Shown: positions 34,948 through 41,436 of the stretch, piece by piece
Numbering within the stretch: the first letter of the stretch is position 1
How the letters are laid out: the number at the start of each line of letters is the position of its first letter
Translations under genes and position numbers: made by a program
The notes under the pieces: generated by a model
Databases searched by the model: none
Told to the model about the DNA's origin: nothing
What the model saw: only the letters and a program-made list of their open reading frames with translations
IMG/VR virus record: IMGVR_UViG_3300014202_001565
Location: 1-41,436 of that record
Origin: a virus
Lineage: Duplodnaviria > Caudoviricetes
Strand: one strand, 5' to 3'
DNA: 41,436 nucleotides

Positions 34948-35486
34948 GCCTATACGATTGCGATTGGGATTCAGACCGCAATTGGGATTACCTAGAGCGA
35001 ATCGAAATCAGCGACGGAACCGTTAAGTGCTGCGAGTCGGGCATCGTCATCCCGGCAGGGCAACCCTTTGCAATGTGCATGGTCTATTGCCACGAAACGG
35101 ACGTGCCCGAGGGGTGTTGCCTAGATGAACTGCCAGCTGAACGGCGAGACGAGGAGTTTTGGAAGCATGCCAAGCCTTTCCCTCAGTGCTTGGAAGTGTG
35201 GCGTTACTTACGAAATGGGAACTACAAGTGGGGTGCTTGTGCTGCATTTGGATGCGCGGTTGAGCAATACCACGATGCTTGGTCGGACTCAGGCGAAGAC
35301 GTGGACAAACTCCGATCCCTTGGCCTAATCGGCACCATCAAGAAGGCTCGGAAGCGATACGAAAGCGGCGGTGGGCCTACGCTCCATCCAAACGAACGGG
35401 ACTCACTTGAGAACAATAAGTGGTTCGAGGCAATCGGATATACGCTGCGCCCCGCTCCATCCCAACCCCTGGACGGTGACCGATGA
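34944..35486 (+). CDS. Cys-rich hypothetical protein (180 aa)
   Basis: GTGA coupling; KCCESG..I..G motif. Confidence 0.6.
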   Translation: MSLYDCDWDSDRNWDYLERIEISDGTVKCCESGIVIPAGQPFAMCMVYCHETDVPEGCCLDELPAERRDEEFWKHAKPFPQCLEVWRYLRNGNYKWGACAAFGCAVEQYHDAWSDSGEDVDKLRSLGLIGTIKKARKRYESGGGPTLHPNERDSLENNKWFEAIGYTLRPAPSQPLDGDR

Positions 35487-36004
35487 GCAATCCACTGTTA
35501 TTGATGGAGCCGGTTCGATGCATCAAGGCAGCCGGTGAGGATTGGGCGTCCTTGGCCCAATACGACGCCCTACATGCCCACTGCTTGGACCAAAACCGGC
35601 GCATCGCCGAACTCGAGCAATTCAAGGGCAATCTCGAAACTATATACAACGACACGATGGAGTCGATCTGCGACCTTGCGGATACCCTCGGTTTCGATTC
35701 GGAGCAATGGGACCACGATAGTTGCCCCAACAACTCTGACATGGCCCGTGAGTTGATTGAATTCGTTCGCGCCGAAAAGTCGGACGAATCCGCCCGCATC
35801 GCCCAGTTGGAAGCCAAACTCAAGGTAGCGCGGGAAGCGTTGGAGAAATGCGTCGGCGTTTTCGATGAGATGGACGACGTTGTTTGGGACGAAAACTCTG
35901 AGTGGCAGCGATCTAGCTACGAGAATGTAGCCGACGAGGCCCGCGCCGCTCTCAAGGAAGGACAGGACACCACCCCCGCTACTGGTGGAGGAGAGGCGTC
36001 GTGA
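35483..36004 (+). CDS. Hypothetical coiled-coil protein (173 aa)
   Basis: ATGA coupling; heptad pattern. Confidence 0.65.
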   Translation: MSNPLLLMEPVRCIKAAGEDWASLAQYDALHAHCLDQNRRIAELEQFKGNLETIYNDTMESICDLADTLGFDSEQWDHDSCPNNSDMARELIEFVRAEKSDESARIAQLEAKLKVAREALEKCVGVFDEMDDVVWDENSEWQRSSYENVADEARAALKEGQDTTPATGGGEAS

Positions 36005-36747
36005 TCCATTATCACGGTGGACCGATGGACACAAACTTGGTCGCCGCCAGGTTCTATCCGACGCGCCACGCTTGCGTTTCCTTCGCTAAGCCTTATCAAC
36101 TTTCGCTTGTGGCCGAGTGCTGCCAGAGCTTCATGCTCGACAACGGCGCGTTCACGGCGTGGAAGAAAGGCGGGGAGATCGATATCGAAGCCTATGCAGA
36201 ATGGGTTAGCGAATGGAAGCATCACCCAGGCTTTGACTTCTGCATCATCCCCGACAAGATCGACGGCAACGAAGACGACAATCTCCGGCTGATCGGGAAA
36301 TGGCAGCAACTCGGCCTTCTGAACTTCTCGGTTCCGGTTTGGCACCTTCACGAAAGCCTTGACGTGCTTGAATTCTGGACTCGCGCATATCCACGAATCG
36401 CTCTCGGCTCCAGCGGTCAGTACTCCGAACCTGGCTCTGACGCTTGGTGGAACCGTATGCATGAAGCGATGGAGGTTCTCTGCCGCGAAGGACGGCCAAT
36501 CGTGAAACTTCACGGATTGCGGATGCTGAACCCGACAATCTTCTCGCACATCCCGTTAAGCTCCGCGGACTCGACAATGATCGCCCGGACCATCGCAACC
36601 GACAACGCTTGGACTGGGGCATACAAGCCAGTTTCAGAAGAGGTTCGGGCAATCGTACTTGCCGACCGCATTGAAAGACACGCTGCCGCGGCACGGTGGA
36701 ACCGCCCTGCTTACGGAACGCAGATGAACTTGGAGTTAATCGGATGA
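36001..36747 (+). CDS. TGT-fold / DpdA-like base-exchange enzyme (248 aa)
   Basis: FMLDNGAF (cf. TGT DSGGF), IPDKI, VPVWH, IALG, LHGL, SADST collinear with the tRNA-guanine transglycosylase barrel. Confidence 0.7.
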   Translation: MIHYHGGPMDTNLVAARFYPTRHACVSFAKPYQLSLVAECCQSFMLDNGAFTAWKKGGEIDIEAYAEWVSEWKHHPGFDFCIIPDKIDGNEDDNLRLIGKWQQLGLLNFSVPVWHLHESLDVLEFWTRAYPRIALGSSGQYSEPGSDAWWNRMHEAMEVLCREGRPIVKLHGLRMLNPTIFSHIPLSSADSTMIARTIATDNAWTGAYKPVSEEVRAIVLADRIERHAAAARWNRPAYGTQMNLELIG

Positions 36748-36790
36748 TGACACTCCATCCCTCCCCCTCTACCCCTAAAGGAGACGGAGA

Positions 36791-37417
36791 ATGAGCGACA
36801 AGGCCAAGTTCCCCCTCGCCATCATGGAGCGAGCTGCGACTGATCTTTGCGGGGAGCTGTTTCACCACGTAGCCCGGCTTTATGTCTGCGGCTCCGTCCG
36901 GCGAGGGAAAGAGCAGTGCTCCGATATCGAGCTAGTCTTCGAGCCCCTTCCAGACGTGCCGGTGACCTTCGACATCTTCGGGGAGCCAACCGAATGGCAG
37001 AACCCTTCCCTCGCCAAGACGAACCTCATGATCAACGCGGGAGTTCTCAGCTATCGATACAAGAGCGACGGCACAAAGACCTGGGGCAAAGAGAACCGAC
37101 TCGCCATCTACCACTGGCACGGTTACGAAATCCCCGTCGACCTGTTCGCCGTTTTCGATCCTACGAAGTGGGGAACGCATATCGCGATCCGAACGGGGTC
37201 TGCCGACTTCAACAAGCGGTTATTGACGAAGCGAAGTCAGGGCGGCTGGATGCCCGACATCATGGGGATGAAGGACAGCTTCACCCTCTATAGGGGAATC
37301 TCGCCCGTTCCATGCCCAACCGAGGAGGACTTCTTTAGGGAGATCGGCATTCGATGGATCGCCCCCGAAGACCGCCACGAGGCAGCCGTTAAGCCGTTTA
37401 GCGAGGTGAGGCTGTGA
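36791..37417 (+). CDS. Minimal family X DNA polymerase (palm + thumb only, 208 aa)
   Basis: GSVRRGKEQCSDIE, PVDLF, RTGSADFN, TEEDFF..IG..WIAPEDR. Confidence 0.88.
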   Translation: MSDKAKFPLAIMERAATDLCGELFHHVARLYVCGSVRRGKEQCSDIELVFEPLPDVPVTFDIFGEPTEWQNPSLAKTNLMINAGVLSYRYKSDGTKTWGKENRLAIYHWHGYEIPVDLFAVFDPTKWGTHIAIRTGSADFNKRLLTKRSQGGWMPDIMGMKDSFTLYRGISPVPCPTEEDFFREIGIRWIAPEDRHEAAVKPFSEVRL

Positions 37418-39510
37418 AAGACCACCCAACCCTTTCCCTTGTCTTGGAGCGTGGCGGGCTTGGCGATCACGGGGAACTGATCATCGATCTGTTCGCAGGC
37501 GGCGGCGGGGCGTCCTGCGGGCTGGAAATGGCCCTTGGGAGATCGCCTGACATCGCGGTAAACCACCACCCCGCAGCGGTGGCCCTGCATGCGCGAAACC
37601 ATCCGAACACCAAGCATTACACGTCTGACGTCTTCGAGATCGATCCGCGCAGCGTCACCGAAGGGCGACCTGTAGGGTTCCTTTGGGCATCCCCCGATTG
37701 CACGTATCACTCGAAAGCCAGGGGTCAAGCACCGATCCGCAGCGGCAAGAAGAAGCGACGCGCCCTCGCGTGGGTTGTTACCCGTTGGGCCGGTCAAGTC
37801 AAACCCCGCGTGATCATGCTCGAGAACGTCGAAGAGTTCGAAGATTGGGGGCCGCTTGTCGGCAAGCCTGATCAACTGAGGCCGTGCAAGCGACGCCGAG
37901 GACGAACGTTCCGGGCCTGGGTTCGCTCCCTTAAGCGACATGGCTATGTCGTCGAGTGGCGGGAACTGCGGGCTTGCGCCTACGGTGCCCCCACGATCCG
38001 CAAACGGCTCTATCTCATCGCACGGTGCGACGGTCAGCCGATCGTATGGCCCGAGAGCACCCATGCCGATCCGAAGGCACCGGGATTCGAGGAAGGCGGT
38101 AAGAAGCCCTTCCGGATCGCCGGAGAATGCATCGATTGGGATGAGCCCATGCTTTCCATCTTCGCGACCAAAGAGGAGGCGCAAAGCTGGGGCCGGGAGC
38201 AAAAGCGACCGGCACCCATAAGACCCCTGGCTGAGAAGACGATGCGCCGTATCGCCCGAGGGGTCATGCGGTACGTCGTCAAGAACCCGACCCCGTACAT
38301 TGTTGGAGTCGGCGGGCGGCAAGGGCAAAGCCCCGAGCGATCGACGGATAGCCCTCTCCAAACGGTCACAGCCAAGGGAGACTCGGCCGTCGTCGCTCCC
38401 ACGTTGACGCCGGTTACTCACGGGAATCTCGATCGACGAACGCCACCGGCAGACGAGCCCTTCCAGACGGTCACTTGTGCGCAGCGGGGGGAACTCGCTG
38501 TAGTCGCGACAGAGCTTGCACCCTTCAGCGTTCCCCGCTACGGAGAGCGAGAAGGGCAAGAGCCGAGAGCGAGGTCACTGGAAGAGCCAGGCGCGACTGT
38601 GGTCAACTCCGGCAACGGAGATCAGCTTGTAGCCGCCCAACTCGCCACTTACCACGATGAGAAGGGAGCCGAGGTAAGAGGATCGGGCTTAGACGTCCCC
38701 ACGCCGACGGTGGACACCGAGAATCGGCATGCCCTTGTTACGAGCTTCCTCGCGCAAAACAACGGCGGGTTCGCCGAAGGCAACACCGGCGACGGGAAAC
38801 CATTGGACGTTCCGACGACGACATCAACGGGCAAAGGGGCGAATCAATCTCTCGTCTCCTTGTTCCTCGATCAGAACAACAACGGCTTCGACAATCGGAG
38901 CGGTCGACCGATCGACGAACCGAACGGGGCGGTCTGCGCCAATGGCTCTCGGCAAACCCTGATCGCCGCGAACATGGTTCAGAGCAACTATGGAGAGAAA
39001 CCGTTCAGCGGAGCCGATGAGCCAGGCAGAACGATCGTCGCCGGCGGGACTCACCATGCCGTCTGCGCGACCCATCTGCAGCAGGACTATGGCCAAAGCG
39101 TCGGATACCCCTCTGATGAGCCAATCCGGGCCGTCACAAGCGGCGGGGGCGGTCACTCCAATCTGATCGCCTCATTCCTTGCAAAGTACTACGGTGAGGG
39201 AACCGGCCAAGTCGTTTCCGATCCGATTCACACCATCCCGACCGTCGATCGCTTCGGCCTGGTCAACGTCACCGTCAACGGCCAAACCTACTACATCGCG
39301 GATATAGCCATGCGGATGCTCAAGCCGAGAGAGCTCTACCGGGCTCAAGGCTTCCCCGATTCCTACATCATCGATCAAGGCGCCGACGGCCAAAAGATCA
39401 CGGCAACCGAGCAAGTCCGCATGTGTGGCAACTCCGTCTCCCCGCCCGTCGCTGCGGCCCTCGTAGGTGCCAACGTGCCGGAACTGATTATCAGGGAGCG
39501 TGCCGCGTGA
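37414..39510 (+). CDS. DNA (cytosine-5) methyltransferase with expanded repeat region (698 aa)
   Basis: DLFAGGGG, SPDC, ENV, RKRL, RML..REL..AQGFP, GNSV motifs. Confidence 0.95.
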   Translation: MKDHPTLSLVLERGGLGDHGELIIDLFAGGGGASCGLEMALGRSPDIAVNHHPAAVALHARNHPNTKHYTSDVFEIDPRSVTEGRPVGFLWASPDCTYHSKARGQAPIRSGKKKRRALAWVVTRWAGQVKPRVIMLENVEEFEDWGPLVGKPDQLRPCKRRRGRTFRAWVRSLKRHGYVVEWRELRACAYGAPTIRKRLYLIARCDGQPIVWPESTHADPKAPGFEEGGKKPFRIAGECIDWDEPMLSIFATKEEAQSWGREQKRPAPIRPLAEKTMRRIARGVMRYVVKNPTPYIVGVGGRQGQSPERSTDSPLQTVTAKGDSAVVAPTLTPVTHGNLDRRTPPADEPFQTVTCAQRGELAVVATELAPFSVPRYGEREGQEPRARSLEEPGATVVNSGNGDQLVAAQLATYHDEKGAEVRGSGLDVPTPTVDTENRHALVTSFLAQNNGGFAEGNTGDGKPLDVPTTTSTGKGANQSLVSLFLDQNNNGFDNRSGRPIDEPNGAVCANGSRQTLIAANMVQSNYGEKPFSGADEPGRTIVAGGTHHAVCATHLQQDYGQSVGYPSDEPIRAVTSGGGGHSNLIASFLAKYYGEGTGQVVSDPIHTIPTVDRFGLVNVTVNGQTYYIADIAMRMLKPRELYRAQGFPDSYIIDQGADGQKITATEQVRMCGNSVSPPVAAALVGANVPELIIRERAA
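38330..39265 (+). repeat. About nine degenerate ~35-aa protein repeats inside the C5 methyltransferase
   Basis: DSPLQTVT, DEPFQTVT, EEPGATVV, DVPTPTVD, DVPTTTST, DEPNGAVC, DEPGRTIV, DEPIRAVT, SDPIHTIP. Confidence 0.8.
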
Positions 39511-40037
39511 GCCTTGTCGAAGAGCGCCTTGGAAGGGGCATCAGGGGCCATCACAGCGCGAGAGCGAAGACCGACGATTGGTTAACCCCGCCGGAGATCT
39601 TGAACGCCCTTGGCCCATTCGACTTAGACCCCTGCGCATCCAGGAATCAACCCTGGCGAACTGCCACCGTTCAATTCACCGAGGACGACAACGGGTTGCT
39701 CCAGGCCTGGAAGGGCCGAGTCTGGCTGAATCCTCCCTATGGGAAAGAGGCTGCCGAATGGTTGGAACGGATGGCCCTGCACGGGAATGGAATCGCCCTC
39801 GTTTTCGCTCGGACTGAGACGAAGATGTTCTTCACGTCGGTTTGGCCAAAGGCTTCCGCTTTATTGTTTCTTCGCGGCAGGCTCAACTTCCACCGTCCTG
39901 GCGGGGATCGATCGACAAAGAACGCCGGGGGTCCTACAGTGCTCATAGCCTACGGGCTCAGTAACGCCCATCGCTTGGAAGCCTGCGGTATCCCGGGTGC
40001 CTTCGTCCGTCTACACCCGCTCATGGAGGCAGCCTAG
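39507..40037 (+). CDS. Phage DNA N6-adenine methyltransferase (176 aa)
   Basis: DDWLTP, FDLDPCA, DNGL..W, VWLNPPYG, ARTET, GRL.F; GTGA coupling. Confidence 0.9.
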   Translation: MSLVEERLGRGIRGHHSARAKTDDWLTPPEILNALGPFDLDPCASRNQPWRTATVQFTEDDNGLLQAWKGRVWLNPPYGKEAAEWLERMALHGNGIALVFARTETKMFFTSVWPKASALLFLRGRLNFHRPGGDRSTKNAGGPTVLIAYGLSNAHRLEACGIPGAFVRLHPLMEAA

Positions 40038-40039
40038 TC

Positions 40040-40255
40040 ATGAAAGAGCGTTGGCCCGCCGCCATGAGCCTGGCCACAGCTGCGGAATATCTCGACTGCA
40101 GCCGGAGTTACGTCGAAAACCTCATCCGCGAGGGAGCGTTCCCGGCAAAGCCCCTTCGACCGGGCTCAAACGGTGATAGGCGCATCCGGCGCGTCGATCT
40201 CGATCTATATCTCGAAAGAGTCTTCGAAGGGCCGAAACTCGAAAAGGTGGCGTAA
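40040..40255 (+). CDS. xis: Excisionase-like HTH protein (71 aa)
   Basis: MSLATAAEYLDCSRSYVENLIREG...RIRRVDLDLYL; directly upstream of integrase. Confidence 0.85.
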   Translation: MKERWPAAMSLATAAEYLDCSRSYVENLIREGAFPAKPLRPGSNGDRRIRRVDLDLYLERVFEGPKLEKVA

Positions 40256-40256
40256 A

Positions 40257-41318
40257 ATGCCCGCGATGAGAGCTCGAAGACAGGGGACGCTTCGCAAAGA
40301 CGGCCGTTGGCAAATCGTCGTCATCCTCACCAGGTTCGACGGCGCGAAGATTCGAAAGACCCTCTATGGAGCAACTCAAAAGGAAGTTCAGGACGCCGCC
40401 GCAAAGCTCATATACGAAACCAAGCGAGTCGCCCCGGATAAAACGACGATGAATCAACTCCTCGACTTTTGCGAGGAATCCGTTTGGCCCGCCCATGCCG
40501 AAAAGACACGCATCCAGTACTCAGGGGCAACGAAGCAGATTAGAGAACGATTCGGAAAGCTCCAGGTCGCCGCAATCACCGTCCCCATGATCTATCAGTG
40601 GATTTTAGACATGAACGAAGCGGGAGTCGGGGGCCGCACTGTCCAAGTGCGCCGGAACGTGCTTCGAGTCGCCCTGCAGCAAGCGGTGTTCTACGGAATC
40701 GTCCAAACCAACGTCGCCGCCGGCTGGAAAGCCCCTATCAAAGCCAAGCCCGCCCCGCGGATTCGTCTCGAAGTTAAAGACATCCTCGCCGCGATCGACG
40801 TCCAACCGGATCGCCGCCGCAAAGCTTGGATTCAAACCCTTTGGGAAACGGGAGCCCGTCCCAGCGAAGTCTCTCGTCTCAGTTCGAACTGCCTTCGCGC
40901 CGAAGATAAACACCGGTGGATTGTGATCAAAGGCACCAAGACCGATGCCGGAGCGGGTAACAACTTCGAAGGGCGATTCCTCCCTATAAGCGAAGACCTC
41001 TATAACCAACTTATGGAGCTGCCCGAACCGTGGTTCGGCTTCAACTGCCGTCAATGGACGAACATCTGGCATGACACACAGGTTCGCCTTGGACTTCGCC
41101 CCCCTCGATCGGAAAAGAAGCGGGAAAAGCCCGAGAAGCCATTAGCCACCTGTTACGCCATCCGAGGAGCCCGCATCGAATATTGGCGAACCGTCCACAA
41201 AGTCACCGATGAGGTTTGGGCCTACCTCGCAGGTCATGAAGACCCCGATCTCACCCGAACGGTGTACGATAGGGTCGCGCTCGAAAGGATTGCCGAGCAA
41301 CTTGGTATGTCAAGTTAG
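40257..41318 (+). CDS. int: Tyrosine integrase (~353 aa)
   Basis: Arm-binding N-terminus (RKDGRW...RKTLYGATQKEV), TGARPSE, KT, YAIR, LAGH, C-terminal Tyr; adjacent to tRNA. Confidence 0.92.
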   Translation: MPAMRARRQGTLRKDGRWQIVVILTRFDGAKIRKTLYGATQKEVQDAAAKLIYETKRVAPDKTTMNQLLDFCEESVWPAHAEKTRIQYSGATKQIRERFGKLQVAAITVPMIYQWILDMNEAGVGGRTVQVRRNVLRVALQQAVFYGIVQTNVAAGWKAPIKAKPAPRIRLEVKDILAAIDVQPDRRRKAWIQTLWETGARPSEVSRLSSNCLRAEDKHRWIVIKGTKTDAGAGNNFEGRFLPISEDLYNQLMELPEPWFGFNCRQWTNIWHDTQVRLGLRPPRSEKKREKPEKPLATCYAIRGARIEYWRTVHKVTDEVWAYLAGHEDPDLTRTVYDRVALERIAEQLGMSS

Positions 41319-41371
41319 TATGTCAATCCAAAGGAAAAGACTAATGAAAACCCAAAATCAGGTTCAAAAAG

Positions 41372-41436
41372 TGGTGGAGGCTAGGGGACTCGAACCCCTG
41401 ACCCTCTGCTTGCAAAGCAGATGCTCTCCCAACTGA
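41372..41436 (-). tRNA. tRNA-Ala(UGC), 5' end cut by the window edge; probable integration site
   Basis: Reverse complement TCAGTTGGGAGAGCA-TCTGC-TTTGCAA-GCAGA-GGGTC-AGGGGTTCGAGTCCCCT-AGCCTCCACCA; anticodon at 41412-41414; encoded CCA. Confidence 0.93.

Larger units (their letters stand above)
1..41371. mobile_element. Temperate phage / prophage with podovirus-like morphogenesis module; left boundary not in window
   Basis: Terminase, portal, capsid, tail, lysis, immunity, recombination, excisionase and integrase genes in phage order; integrase ends 53 bp from the CCA end of a tRNA; no tape measure or sheath gene recognised. Confidence 0.93.

Noticed and set aside
37288-38559. 423-aa minus-strand ORF antisense to the C5 methyltransferase
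   Set aside because: Lies opposite a well-supported gene; no convincing domain or expression signals

Overview
This window is most of a temperate tailed-phage genome, probably a prophage, with podovirus-like morphogenesis genes. It abuts the 3' end of a tRNA-Ala(UGC) at the right edge; the left att site is not in the window. The minus strand (1-29994) carries Cro-like, Rieske-type, HNH/NinG-like and replication-initiator genes (with internal iterons), a candidate late regulator and a terminator. These are followed by a DUF2829/Tad2-like anti-defence gene, a lysis cassette, metallopeptidase, GroES, TerS/TerL, portal, scaffold, capsid, adaptor, nozzle, fibre and three ejection-type proteins. 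The centre is an immunity region: a CI-like repressor lacking the canonical autocleavage residues, two secreted cargo genes, and two matched outward-facing promoters with TTGC-N7-GCAA operators. The plus strand (31888-41318) carries YqaJ/RecT, an RlpA-like protein, a block of TGT/DpdA-like enzyme + minimal PolX + repeat-containing C5 methyltransferase + N6-adenine methyltransferase, then excisionase and integrase. The best novelty candidates are the DpdA-like/mini-PolX/dual-methylase block, the Tad2-like gene between structured RNA-like spacers that share a motif, a lipoprotein-signal paralogue of the putative capsid decoration protein, a beta-strand outer-membrane-type protein in place of spanins, and the apparently non-cleavable CI. 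All family calls come from motifs read by eye, with no database searches.
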